In this document: positions 41,501 through 52,317 of the stretch, piece after piece
How positions within the stretch are numbered: the first letter of the stretch is position 1
Layout: each line of letters begins with the position of its first letter
Assembly (NCBI GenBank): GCA_963422365.1
Contig: OY729426.1
Coordinates: 96,001-160,000 of the forward strand
Direction: 5' to 3'
DNA from: Nitrospirales bacterium
GTDB lineage: Bacteria > Nitrospirota > Nitrospiria > Nitrospirales > UBA8639
Length of the DNA stretch: 64,000 bases
The notes under the pieces: generated by a model
Database searches by the model: none
What the model saw: only the letters and a program-made list of their open reading frames with translations
What the model was told of the DNA's origin: nothing
Translations under genes and position numbers: made by a program

Positions 41501-42481
41501 ATGCGCGTAGTCAGCGGCATGCAGCCCAGTGGACGCCTGCACCTGGGCAATTATTTGGGGGCCCTTACGAATTGGAAAACCCTTCAGGACGACCATACGT
41601 GTTTCTTCTTTGTGGCGGATTGGCATGCGCTGTCCACCAATTACGAAGATACCAGCCGCGTCACAACCTATGTCAGGGAATTGCTCATCGATTGGCTCGC
41701 GTCGGGGATTGACCCTGAGCGATCCACGGTCTTTCTCCAGTCCCAGGTGCCGGATCATGCCATCTTGAATGTACTCCTCTCGATGCTGACCCCTGTCTCG
41801 TGGTTGGAACGAAATCCGACGTATAAGGAAAAACAGGACCAACTCAAGGGACGTGACCTTTCCACGCATGGGTTTTTGGGGTATCCCGTTCTTCAAGCCG
41901 CAGACATCTTGCTCTACAAAGCCGATGCCGTGCCGGTCGGCAAAGACCAACTCCCCCACCTGGAACTGACCCGCGAAATCGCTCGACGGTTTAATCATCT
42001 CTATACCCCTGTACTGGTGGAACCTCAAGAATGGCTCACGGAGTTTCCTAAAGTCGTCGGAACCGACGGTCGCAAAATGAGCAAGAGTTACGGAAATACG
42101 ATTAATCTTTCAGACACCGAGCCCACGGTCCGGCAAACACTCAAGACCATGGTCACCGACCCGGCCCGGGTGAGGCGAAGCGACCCGGGAAACCCGGATA
42201 TCTGCCCGGTTTTTGAATTCCATAAGATGTATTCCAACTCCACGGTCATTGACCAGGTCAACAAAGAATGCCGCACGGCAAAAATCGGCTGCATTGATTG
42301 TAAGAAATTTGTGGCGGATGGCGTTGTGGGACAACTCTCCCCCATTTGGGAAGTTCGCAGCTCACTCGAAGCCAACCCCGCACGGCTCGATGAAGTAGCT
42401 CAGGCCGGACGCGAACGAGCTTCCACGGTCTCCCGCCAAACACTTGAAGAAGTCAAAGAAGCCATGAAGATTTCGCTCTGA
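41501..42481 (+). CDS. trpS: Tryptophan-tRNA ligase
   Basis: HLGN and KMSKS motifs, YPVLQAADI, VPVGKDQ. Confidence 0.97.
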   Translation: MRVVSGMQPSGRLHLGNYLGALTNWKTLQDDHTCFFFVADWHALSTNYEDTSRVTTYVRELLIDWLASGIDPERSTVFLQSQVPDHAILNVLLSMLTPVSWLERNPTYKEKQDQLKGRDLSTHGFLGYPVLQAADILLYKADAVPVGKDQLPHLELTREIARRFNHLYTPVLVEPQEWLTEFPKVVGTDGRKMSKSYGNTINLSDTEPTVRQTLKTMVTDPARVRRSDPGNPDICPVFEFHKMYSNSTVIDQVNKECRTAKIGCIDCKKFVADGVVGQLSPIWEVRSSLEANPARLDEVAQAGRERASTVSRQTLEEVKEAMKISL

Positions 42482-42594
42482 CTCCTTTAGCAGAAGATTT
42501 TTCCAGTCGCCTTGCGCTCTCCAAAAGTTCTTCCTGAAGAGGAAGTTGACTTAGTCTACTCCCAAAAGTACTATTTCAGCTTCCCCTTTCCTGA

Positions 42595-43635
<1,041 letters not shown>

Positions 43636-43701
43636 GCGTTCAGGCTTCGCCCGCCTGCCCGGTTGACTGAATCCTCCCTGGTCTGGAGGAAAGAGTTATT
43701 C

Positions 43702-44895
43702 ATGCATATTACCAAACGAACCATTGATCAAATCGACCTCCAAGGCAAGCGTGTCATCATTCGTGCAGACTTTAACGTTCCACTCGACGAGTCTCTCCAA
43801 ATCACGGACGATTCTCGAATTCACGCGGCTATTCCCACGATCAATCATGTCGTTGACGAAGGGGCGAGTGTGATTCTGTGTTCACACTTGGGGCGTCCCA
43901 AAGGAACGGTCTGCCCGGAACTCAGCTTGACACCGGTGGCCAAACGTTTGAAGCGCCTTCTGGGGAAAGATGTGACGTTTGCGCCGTACTGCATGGGGCC
44001 GATCGTCAAAAACCTCGCAAGTCAATTACAACCCGGCGACATTCTGTTGCTGGAAAATCTCCGGTTTCATCCTGGAGAGGAAGCGAATGATGACCATTTT
44101 GCGTCGGAGTTAGCCTCGTTAGGTGATGTCTTTATCAATGAAGCGTTTGGGACCGCGCATCGGTCCCATGCCTCAACTGTCGGAATCCCCACGTTCATCA
44201 AGACTTCCGCGGCCGGCTATTTAATGCGGCAGGAAGTGGAGTACCTTGAGGGGGCCGTTGAAAATCCCACTCGCCCCTTTGTGGCAATTTTAGGGGGAGC
44301 GAAGGTATCGGGAAAAATTGGCGTGATCGAAAACCTTGGGAAAAAAGTTGATAAAGTCATTATTGGCGGAGGCATGGCTTTTACGTTTCTAAAAGCCACG
44401 GGTCTTGAAATCGGTCGATCCCTGGTCGAAGATGAGATGCTTGATTTCGCCAACGGCATTCACGAACATGCCCTCGAGCAAGGGATAAAATTTTATCTTC
44501 CGGTGGATTGCGTAGTCGCGGCCAGCCTGGACCCTGGTGCCGAAACGAAAATTGTTCCCATTCAAGAAATTCCCGAAGGATGGTATGGAATGGATATCGG
44601 CCCAGCCTCCGTCAAACTTTTTTCCGAGGCCGTTGAAAATGCCAAAACCATTCTCTGGAACGGGCCGATGGGCATGTTTGAACGAGACGCCTTTGCCCGA
44701 GGGACCCAAACCATGGTCCATGCCATCGCCAATGCCTATGCCCTCACGATAGTCGGGGGAGGAGCAACCGCCTTGGCCGTCCACCGCGCCGGTGAAACCG
44801 ACAACATGTCGTTTATTTCAACAGGGGGTGGCGCGGCGCTCCAATTGTTAGAGGGAGGGGACATGCCGGGACTTGCGGCACTACCGGATCGGTAA
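43702..44895 (+). CDS. pgk: Phosphoglycerate kinase
   Basis: RADFNVP, SHLGRP, LLENLRF, GGAKVSGK, ISTGGGA. Confidence 0.98.
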   Translation: MHITKRTIDQIDLQGKRVIIRADFNVPLDESLQITDDSRIHAAIPTINHVVDEGASVILCSHLGRPKGTVCPELSLTPVAKRLKRLLGKDVTFAPYCMGPIVKNLASQLQPGDILLLENLRFHPGEEANDDHFASELASLGDVFINEAFGTAHRSHASTVGIPTFIKTSAAGYLMRQEVEYLEGAVENPTRPFVAILGGAKVSGKIGVIENLGKKVDKVIIGGGMAFTFLKATGLEIGRSLVEDEMLDFANGIHEHALEQGIKFYLPVDCVVAASLDPGAETKIVPIQEIPEGWYGMDIGPASVKLFSEAVENAKTILWNGPMGMFERDAFARGTQTMVHAIANAYALTIVGGGATALAVHRAGETDNMSFISTGGGAALQLLEGGDMPGLAALPDR

Positions 44896-44944
44896 TGGGT
44901 CTGACGCCTCCCTTTTCCCCTGATCTCCTCCGGTCACGGCTTTC

Positions 44945-45700
44945 GTGAAACCTCGACTCATAGCAGGCAATTGGAAAATGCACAAAACGGCTGCCGAGGC
45001 TGTCGAGTTTGTCCACCAATTTCGGCAAGCACTGGCTCATGACGTCTCCGTGGACATCCTCCTCATTCCGCCATTTACCGCCCTTGACGGCATCCAGCAC
45101 ATTCTCCATGCCGATGATCCATTCCGACTGGGAGCGCAAGACCTGTATTGGGAAACGGAGGGTGCTTACACAGGTGAGGTCTCCGGAGGCATGCTGAGAG
45201 ACGTGGGGTGTCAGGCGGTCATCATTGGACATTCAGAACGCCGGCGACTTTTGGGGGAAACCGATGCACACGTCAACAACAAGCTGAAAGCCGCCTTGCA
45301 CCATGATCTCGCTCCCATTCTCTGCGTGGGGGAAACCCTGGAGGAACGACAAGCCGGGCAGACGCAACACGTGGTCGAAGAACAAATAATCCAAGCACTA
45401 CACGATCTTCCTCCTGCTCAGCTGACGGGTCTCACCATTGCCTATGAACCGGTTTGGGCTATCGGCACCGGATGTGCCGCCACGGTCCGACAAGCCGAAG
45501 ACGTGCATGCCTTTCTTCGCTCAATCTTCACTATGGAATGGCCGCAAATCGGACAACAGATACGAATCATCTATGGAGGAAGCGTTTCTCCTGACAATGC
45601 CCAAGAACTCTTCAGGTCAGATGAGATCAATGGAGCTCTCGTAGGAAAAGCTTGTCTTGACCCTGAAGGCTTTGCTAAGATTTGTCGGATAGCATCCTAA
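44945..45700 (+). CDS. tpiA: Triosephosphate isomerase
   Basis: AGNWKMHK, GHSERR, AYEPVWAIGTG, YGGSV. Confidence 0.98.
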   Translation: MKPRLIAGNWKMHKTAAEAVEFVHQFRQALAHDVSVDILLIPPFTALDGIQHILHADDPFRLGAQDLYWETEGAYTGEVSGGMLRDVGCQAVIIGHSERRRLLGETDAHVNNKLKAALHHDLAPILCVGETLEERQAGQTQHVVEEQIIQALHDLPPAQLTGLTIAYEPVWAIGTGCAATVRQAEDVHAFLRSIFTMEWPQIGQQIRIIYGGSVSPDNAQELFRSDEINGALVGKACLDPEGFAKICRIAS

Positions 45701-45737
45701 TCGTACAACGTTACCAAAAAGCTGTCGGGAAGCGTCG

Positions 45738-46088
45738 ATGTATACTGTCACCATCATTCTCCATCTCATAGCCTGTTTTTTAATGATTGCCGCGATCTTG
45801 CTGCAGGCAGGAAAAGGTGCAGAAATCGGCGCGTCATTCGGTGGATCCAGCCAAACGGTTTTTGGAAGTCGGGGGCCTGGTACGTTTCTCAGCAAGATCA
45901 CCATAGGCACCGCGATTATTTTCATGCTCACATCAATCAGCCTCGCGTTACTTTCCAAACAAGGAAACGTCGCTTCTTCGGTGATTGATATTCCCGCTGC
46001 TTCGAGCGAAGCCACCTCCTCCGGTCCGGCAAGCACGGAAGCCCCTCCTGAATCGTCCGAGCCTCACGCTGAAGACGCGGCACAGTAA
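45738..46088 (+). CDS. secG: Preprotein translocase subunit SecG
   Basis: LLQAGKGAEIGASFGG...FLSKIT; follows tpiA. Confidence 0.95.
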   Translation: MYTVTIILHLIACFLMIAAILLQAGKGAEIGASFGGSSQTVFGSRGPGTFLSKITIGTAIIFMLTSISLALLSKQGNVASSVIDIPAASSEATSSGPASTEAPPESSEPHAEDAAQ

Positions 46089-46117
46089 TTTTTCTTGAAA
46101 TACGGAAAAAGGTGAAC

Positions 46118-46177
46118 CCGGATTTTCACGCCTGATCGTCGTAAGACGGTCAAGGAGACGAGGACTGAGAAATCCGG
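46118..46177. terminator. Nested hairpin between convergent secG and ilvE
   Basis: Outer stem CCGGATTT/AAATCCGG, inner stem TGATCGTC-GTAA-GACGGTCA. Confidence 0.45.
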
Positions 46178-46178
46178 T

Positions 46179-47093
46179 TTACACGGGAGTCAGCCAATGG
46201 GCGTGGGAGGGGTCTTCGCCCTTGACGATATCGAAAAAGGCTTTCTGCAGAAGATCCGTCACAGGCCCTCGTTTTCCAGTTCCAATTTGACGGTCATCAA
46301 TTTCACGAACCGGAGTCACTTCGGCAGCCGTCCCTGTGAGAAACACCTCCTCGGCAACATACAACGCATCCCGAGTGAACCGTTCTTCAACTACAGGGAT
46401 CTTGTTTCCCTGAGCCAGATCCAAAATGGCACGACGAGTGATGCCTTCCAGGATGGAGGTTAAAGGGGTGGTCTTGAGTACGCCCTTCGACACCAAAAAC
46501 ACATTTTCTCCGGTCCCCTCAGCCACGTAGCCTTCCGCATCTAAGAGAATGGCTTCATCGTAACCCGCATTTTTCGCTTCACACTTGGCTAAAATCGAAT
46601 TCACGTAGTAGCCAGGAACTTTCGCACGGGTCATGGAGACATTGACATGGTGTCGGGTAAATGAGGAAACCTTTGCCCGAATTCCCTGCACTAAGGCGTC
46701 CTCTCCCAAATAGGTGCCCCAAGGCCAAACGGCAATTGCCAGCTTCACGGGATTATTTCCCGGATACAGCCCCATTTCGCCATACCCCACGTAAAGCAAG
46801 GGACGGATATAACAGGAGTCCAGCTTATTGATCCGAACGGTTTCCACGATGGCTTCGGACACGTCCTTGCGACTATAGGGGACTGTCATCAGCATAATAT
46901 GCGCCGACTCGAAAAGCCGATCCACGTGCTCATGCAAACGAAAAATCACTGACCCTGTTTTCCCTTGGTAGCAACGAATGCCTTCGAAGGCTCCCAAGCC
47001 ATAATGCAAGGAATGCGTCAAAATATGGACAGAGGCTTCGTGCCAATTCACAAAGGTCCCATCCATCCAAATTTTTTCACTTGGCGTCACCAT
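46179..47093 (-). CDS. ilvE: Branched-chain amino acid aminotransferase
   Basis: HSLHYGLGAFEGIR, AEGTGENVF, ILEGITR, GTAAEVTP. Confidence 0.96.
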   Translation of the reverse strand: MVTPSEKIWMDGTFVNWHEASVHILTHSLHYGLGAFEGIRCYQGKTGSVIFRLHEHVDRLFESAHIMLMTVPYSRKDVSEAIVETVRINKLDSCYIRPLLYVGYGEMGLYPGNNPVKLAIAVWPWGTYLGEDALVQGIRAKVSSFTRHHVNVSMTRAKVPGYYVNSILAKCEAKNAGYDEAILLDAEGYVAEGTGENVFLVSKGVLKTTPLTSILEGITRRAILDLAQGNKIPVVEERFTRDALYVAEEVFLTGTAAEVTPVREIDDRQIGTGKRGPVTDLLQKAFFDIVKGEDPSHAHWLTPV

Positions 47094-47154
47094 GACCGGC
47101 CTTTCTGTTCTCGACGTTGGACAAAGAAATGTTTCTCGAACATACGTCCACGTA

Positions 47155-47184
47155 TTTATACCGATGAGAGTCTCAGCCTGTCAA
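47155..47184 (-). promoter_or_regulatory. Putative sigma70 promoter for ilvE
   Basis: Minus strand TTGACA-N18-TATAAA. Confidence 0.4.
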
Positions 47185-47276
47185 TCAAACTTCTTGATTA
47201 CCCCAACACCCCAGAACATCTTGACACCTCCTTAAGGGCATGATACATGTACATGTAGTGAAAGGATGACTCTCTC

Positions 47277-47591
47277 ATGTACGCGATCTTAGAAACTGGC
47301 GGAAAACAATATCGGGTCGAACCGGGATCGATCCTTCAGGTCGAACAACTGCACGCCGAAACAGGGCAAACCTTGCAATTAAAGCCTGTTCGATTCATTT
47401 CGACGGATGAGGAACCCCTTCTGGGACAACCGTCCCTCGAACACGCTCATGTACAAGCCACGGTCATTCGAAACGGCCGCACTCGTTCAATCACGGTGTT
47501 TAAGAGAAAACGACGAAAGAATTACCGAAAAACCCGTGGACATCGTCAATCATTCACCCAACTCCGAATCGATGAAATCATCACAGGGTAG
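47277..47591 (+). CDS. rplU: 50S ribosomal protein L21
   Basis: MYAILETGGKQYRV...RKNYRKTRGHRQ. Confidence 0.98.
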   Translation: MYAILETGGKQYRVEPGSILQVEQLHAETGQTLQLKPVRFISTDEEPLLGQPSLEHAHVQATVIRNGRTRSITVFKRKRRKNYRKTRGHRQSFTQLRIDEIITG

Positions 47592-47612
47592 CGAGTAGGA
47601 CAAGGACCCGGC

Positions 47613-47867
47613 ATGGCACATAAAAAAGGTGGCGGTTCATCGCGAAACGGACGTGACAGTAATCCTCAGTATCTGGGAGTCAAACGATACGCCGATGAAC
47701 AGGTTCAACCGGGCAATATTCTTATTCGCCAACGAGGCACCAAGTTTTATCCTGGCTATAATGTCGGGATGGGCAAAGATCATACTCTCTTTGCCAAGAT
47801 TGCTGGAATCGTGAAATTTGAGGGGGGCGACGCGCGACGCAAGATTAGCGTGTATCCCTCAACGTAA
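47613..47867 (+). CDS. rpmA: 50S ribosomal protein L27
   Basis: [16 protein letters not shown]. Confidence 0.98.
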   Translation: MAHKKGGGSSRNGRDSNPQYLGVKRYADEQVQPGNILIRQRGTKFYPGYNVGMGKDHTLFAKIAGIVKFEGGDARRKISVYPST

Positions 47868-47948
47868 ACCACTATCTGGTTTATCTTTCGATCCTCCCTG
47901 TTTTCTTTCTTCCCAATCTTCCTATGACCATCGGGCTGATGGCGACTT

Positions 47949-48956
47949 ATGTTTATCGACCATGCAAGAATTTTTGTCCGATCCGGCAACGGCGGGAATG
48001 GGGGCTGCAGTTTCAGACGGGAAAAATTTGTACCCTATGGTGGCCCGGATGGCGGTGACGGCGGGCATGGAGGAAACATCGTCATCACGGCCTCAACCGG
48101 TGTGACGACATTGCTCGACCTGAAGTACCGACGCCATTATGAGGCCGAGTCAGGCTCTCCAGGGCAAAGAGCCAATCGACATGGTCGCTCTGGCTCCGAC
48201 GTGACGATCACCGTGCCGGCAGGAACCCTGATCAAAAATGCAGAGACCCAAGACCTCCTGGCGGATTTAGTGACACCCGGCCAAAGTGCGATCGTGGCCA
48301 GGGGCGGAAAAGGCGGAAAAGGGAACGCCCGGTTCTCCACCTCCACGAACCGAGCACCACGAGAGTGTGAAGCGGGTGCATCCGGAGAAGAGTTGCAACT
48401 CGATCTGGAACTGAAACTCTTGGCCGACGTCGGTCTTGTAGGGTTTCCAAACGCTGGAAAGTCCACGCTGATTTCCACGCTCTCGGCCGCTCACCCGGAA
48501 ATTGCCGATTATCCTTTCACAACCCTGCAGCCACATTTAGGGGTCGTCGCCATAGGCGAGTACGACAGTTTCGTCATGGCCGACATTCCCGGATTGATTA
48601 AAGGAGCCCATGCGGGCAAAGGCTTAGGGCATCAATTTCTTAAGCATATTCAACGCACGCGCTTTCTGCTGTATCTTATTGATATTTCCGAATGGACCAC
48701 GGATGATCCCGTGAACACGTTGCACGTGTTACAAGACGAGCTCTCCGCGTTTGATCGAACATTGGGTCCACGTGCTTTTGCCGTCGTCGGGACCAAAGTC
48801 GATATCCAAGGCAGTGGGCAGCATCGTCTGGAGATCCAGGACTATTGCCAGGAACATCAGATTTCCTTTTTTCCGATCTCCTCGGCCACACGTGAAGGAC
48901 TCGAGGCTTTACGCACATTTCTTGCCCAACACCTTCATGAAGTTGACACAGCATGA
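47949..48956 (+). CDS. obgE: GTPase ObgE/CgtA
   Basis: FRREKFVPYGGPDGGDGG, GFPNAGKST, DIPG. Confidence 0.97.
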   Translation: MFIDHARIFVRSGNGGNGGCSFRREKFVPYGGPDGGDGGHGGNIVITASTGVTTLLDLKYRRHYEAESGSPGQRANRHGRSGSDVTITVPAGTLIKNAETQDLLADLVTPGQSAIVARGGKGGKGNARFSTSTNRAPRECEAGASGEELQLDLELKLLADVGLVGFPNAGKSTLISTLSAAHPEIADYPFTTLQPHLGVVAIGEYDSFVMADIPGLIKGAHAGKGLGHQFLKHIQRTRFLLYLIDISEWTTDDPVNTLHVLQDELSAFDRTLGPRAFAVVGTKVDIQGSGQHRLEIQDYCQEHQISFFPISSATREGLEALRTFLAQHLHEVDTA

Positions 48957-50077
48957 GAGATTCCATCCTCTCACACGCCAAACGTCTCGTCATTAAAATA
49001 GGCAGTAGCCTTCTGGCCGCTCGATCGGCAGGATTGCGGCTCGACCACATTCAACGCCTCTCCGCTGAAATCGCTCGGCTCAACCAGGAAGCACGAGAAA
49101 TCGTCTTGGTGTCATCAGGGGCCATTGTGGCAGGCATTGCAAAGCTCGACCTCAAGGCCTATCCCCAAACCCTCCCCTTGAAACAGGCCGCGGCTTCAGC
49201 AGGACAAAGCCGGCTCATGCATGCCTATGAAACCTGTTTCCAGGAAGCCGGACAAAAAATTGCCCAGGTGTTGCTCACGCATCAAGACCTGGCCGATCGA
49301 AAACGTTTTCTCAACGCACGGCACACGCTCACGACATTGCTTCAATTGAGGGTTATTCCCATCATCAATGAAAATGATGCAGTCTCGGTAGATGAAATTC
49401 GTTTTGGCGACAATGACACCCTCGCAGCTCAAGCCGCTCATCTGGTGGATGCGGATCTTTTGATTATCCTCTCGGACGTCGACGGACTGTTCACCCAAGA
49501 CCCGCGACACCATCCGGAGGCCACGTTGATTGCCCACATTACGGACATGACACCAGACATCGAACAAGGAGCAGGAACCTCTCAGAGTCAAGAAAGCCGC
49601 GGAGGAATGGTGACGAAAATCCAGGCGGCAAAACTGGCCCGTCAATTTGGAGTCCCGACGTTATTACTCAATGGTGAAACCCCTGACTTGCTGCAGAGCG
49701 TCTTTGCCGGATCCGAACAGGGCACCCTGTTCTTTCCCCAAGGCCGGAAACTGCCTAGCCGCAAACACTGGATTGCCTATACGCTACGATCGAAAGGACA
49801 ACTCGTGCTGGATTCCGGAGCCGTCAAGGCACTGACTAGCCGAGGGAAAAGCTTGCTGCCTTCCGGGATTATTGAAGTGAAGGGAACCTTTGTGGCAGGT
49901 GATCCCGTTTCTTGCGTGGATGCGGATGGAAAAGAGTTTGCCAAAGGACTGGTGAATTTTTCATCGGAAGTCGTGTCCGGGATCAAGGGGTGCCGAACAC
50001 AAGAGATTCACCGTGAGTCGGGAACTCACGAATATGAAGAAGTGATCCACAGGGACAACCTTGCGCTGTTGGTCTAA
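48953..50077 (+). CDS. proB: Glutamate 5-kinase with PUA domain
   Basis: IKIGSS, INENDAVS, FGDNDTL, GGMVTK, SLLPSGI, IHRDNL. Confidence 0.97.
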   Translation: MRDSILSHAKRLVIKIGSSLLAARSAGLRLDHIQRLSAEIARLNQEAREIVLVSSGAIVAGIAKLDLKAYPQTLPLKQAAASAGQSRLMHAYETCFQEAGQKIAQVLLTHQDLADRKRFLNARHTLTTLLQLRVIPIINENDAVSVDEIRFGDNDTLAAQAAHLVDADLLIILSDVDGLFTQDPRHHPEATLIAHITDMTPDIEQGAGTSQSQESRGGMVTKIQAAKLARQFGVPTLLLNGETPDLLQSVFAGSEQGTLFFPQGRKLPSRKHWIAYTLRSKGQLVLDSGAVKALTSRGKSLLPSGIIEVKGTFVAGDPVSCVDADGKEFAKGLVNFSSEVVSGIKGCRTQEIHRESGTHEYEEVIHRDNLALLV

Positions 50078-50100
50078 CCACCTTGTCCGTCATTCGCCCC

Positions 50101-50796
50101 ATGCTCCGTAGCACGGTGAGCGATTCCCCATTCACTCGAATCGGTTTACTGGGTGGCACGTTCAACCCCATTCATCACTGCCACCTTTCGATTGCCAGGG
50201 AAGCGCAACGCGCCTTAGCACTCGATCACGTGATCTTCATTCCTTCAGGCGACCCACCTCACAAATCACGTGCATCGCTGGCCCCGGCTCACCATCGATT
50301 GAGCATGGTGAAACAGGCCATCGCGGGGCTGGCGGACCTTACGGTTTCCGATGTAGAAACCACCGTACCGGATACATCCTATACCATCGAGACGGTACAA
50401 ACGCTTCGAGAAACCGTAAAGGGCGAACTCTGGTTCATCATCGGCCTCGATGCGTTTCTTGAGATTGCCGGATGGAAATCGGTTGAGACCTTATTGTCCT
50501 CGACAAACTTTCTTGTGCTCTCGCGACCAGACTTTCACTTTTCCCAAGTGGCCTCGCTGCCGCTGTTATCTTCTCTCCCGCCCACGCAACTTCAGCGTTT
50601 AGATTCCGGCCAACACCATCGTCTGGATCTCGCCATCGGACCGCAAGCCACGATCACGTTTCTGCGGATTGCCCCTTGTCGGGTGTCCGCGTCCGCCGTC
50701 CGCGAACGAATTCTGAAGGGGTTGGACGTCACGGATTGGTTGCCACCCCAGGTCCATTCTTATATAATTCAACATCACTTGTACGTCCCGCATTAA
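50101..50796 (+). CDS. nadD: Nicotinate-nucleotide adenylyltransferase
   Basis: GLLGGTFNPIHHCH, PPHK, SYTIET, VSASAVR. Confidence 0.95.
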   Translation: MLRSTVSDSPFTRIGLLGGTFNPIHHCHLSIAREAQRALALDHVIFIPSGDPPHKSRASLAPAHHRLSMVKQAIAGLADLTVSDVETTVPDTSYTIETVQTLRETVKGELWFIIGLDAFLEIAGWKSVETLLSSTNFLVLSRPDFHFSQVASLPLLSSLPPTQLQRLDSGQHHRLDLAIGPQATITFLRIAPCRVSASAVRERILKGLDVTDWLPPQVHSYIIQHHLYVPH

Positions 50797-50807
50797 GGAG
50801 GAGCCAT

Positions 50808-51227
50808 ATTTCAGACGTCAGACACAAAGCGTTGCTCATTGGGGGAATGGCCCTTGATAAACAAGCCTCCGATGTCATGGTCCTTCAAGTAGAACACCTC
50901 ACCTCAATTGCCGACTATTTCGTCATTTGTTCTGGAAATTCGGAACGCCAAGTCAAAGCCATTGCCGAAGCTATTCGGCAAGAAATGGCACGTCGTTTTA
51001 AGGATCACGCTACCCTAGAAGGAAAAGCCGCAGCGAACTGGATCCTTCTCGATTATCGAGACATCATCGTTCATATTTTCCGGGAAGATATTCGCACGTA
51101 TTACGGCATTGAAAATATGTGGAGAGACGCCCCGCAAATCCCGCCAACGGAATATGATACGCTTGCCCTGGGGCACTTTTCGTCACAGCCGAATGAATCC
51201 ACAAAGGTGTTTCATCAAGCAAGCTGA
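50808..51227 (+). CDS. rsfS: Ribosome silencing factor; probable ATT start
   Basis: LDKQASDV...TSIADYFVICSGNSERQVKAI...WILLDYRDIIVHIF; AAGGAGGAG precedes the in-frame ATT at 50808. Confidence 0.9.
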   Translation: MSDVRHKALLIGGMALDKQASDVMVLQVEHLTSIADYFVICSGNSERQVKAIAEAIRQEMARRFKDHATLEGKAAANWILLDYRDIIVHIFREDIRTYYGIENMWRDAPQIPPTEYDTLALGHFSSQPNESTKVFHQAS

Positions 51228-51276
51228 CACAGTCTTTTTTTGCAAACACCCCGTCTTGCACAAAGGGAGTAAGCGA

Positions 51277-52317
51277 ATGCCTCAATTTGACATTCTCGCG
51301 GAACAGGTGCTGCAGGGCCATTCGGTCACCCGTGAAGAAGGCTTGGAGATACTCCAAACCAACGACGCCCAACTCTTACCCCTTCTCAATGCCGCGTATA
51401 AGATTCGTCACGCCTATTTTGGTCGAAAAGTGACCATCCAAATGTTGTTCAATGCGAAAAGCGGCGCTTGTCAGGAAGATTGCCACTATTGTTCGCAATC
51501 CAGTATCTCCACCGCTTCCATTGACCGCTATGCGTTAGTAGCCCCGGAGGAAATGCTCAAGGGTGCTCATCGGGCCTATGAGGCCAAAGCCCAACGATAC
51601 TGTGTGGTGATCAGCGGAAGAAGCCCGCTCGACAAAGAAATGAACGACATTGCCGCTGCGGTGAAGCAGATCAAACAGGAACTTCCCATGCAGGTCTGCT
51701 GTTCCTTGGGACTCCTCACCGAACCCCAGGCCAGACAACTCAAAGCCGCCGGCGTCGATCGCATCAACCACAATTTAAACACGAGCGAAACCTATCACGC
51801 CTCCATCTGCACGACCCATACGTATCAAGATCGGCTGACCACCTTACAACACGCCCGAGCCGCCGGATTAGAGTTGTGTTCAGGCGGGATTGTCGGGATG
51901 GGAGAATCCGATGAAGATCTTCTCGATCTTGCCTTCGCCCTGCGAGACATCAACCCCGACTCGATTCCATTGAATATGCTGCATCCGATTCCAGGAACCC
52001 CCTTAGCCGACGCCACGCATCCCCGATTCGATCCCCAATCAGGCCGGGGACAAGCGTCGGGAACAGGCTTGACTCCGCACCGATGCCTCACCATCTTCTG
52101 CCTGTTTCGTTTTCTCCATCCGCGACGGGAACTCCGCGCGGCCGGCGGACGTGAGTTCAATCTTCGATCCCTGCAACCTCTGGCCCTGTACGTCGCGGAT
52201 TCGCTGTTCGTCAACGGCTATTTAACGACCCAGGGAGACCCTGCCCACGAAGTGCAACGAATGATTGAAGACATGGGCTTTAAAGTGGCGATCCATTCAC
52301 CAACCTGCCAAGCTTAA
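51277..52317 (+). CDS. bioB: Biotin synthase (radical SAM)
   Basis: KSGACQEDCHYCSQS, NHNLNTS, CSGGIVGMGE, GYLTT. Confidence 0.96.
   Translation: MPQFDILAEQVLQGHSVTREEGLEILQTNDAQLLPLLNAAYKIRHAYFGRKVTIQMLFNAKSGACQEDCHYCSQSSISTASIDRYALVAPEEMLKGAHRAYEAKAQRYCVVISGRSPLDKEMNDIAAAVKQIKQELPMQVCCSLGLLTEPQARQLKAAGVDRINHNLNTSETYHASICTTHTYQDRLTTLQHARAAGLELCSGGIVGMGESDEDLLDLAFALRDINPDSIPLNMLHPIPGTPLADATHPRFDPQSGRGQASGTGLTPHRCLTIFCLFRFLHPRRELRAAGGREFNLRSLQPLALYVADSLFVNGYLTTQGDPAHEVQRMIEDMGFKVAIHSPTCQA
52022..52061. repeat. In-frame palindromic (REP/RPE-like) insertion within bioB
   Basis: CCCGA..TCCCC..GGGGA..TCGGG nested inverted repeats, encoding the extra peptide PRFDPQSGRGQASG. Confidence 0.6.

Noticed and set aside
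46089..46178. tRNA after secG
   Set aside because: No cloverleaf, T-loop motif or CCA end; only a nested hairpin.
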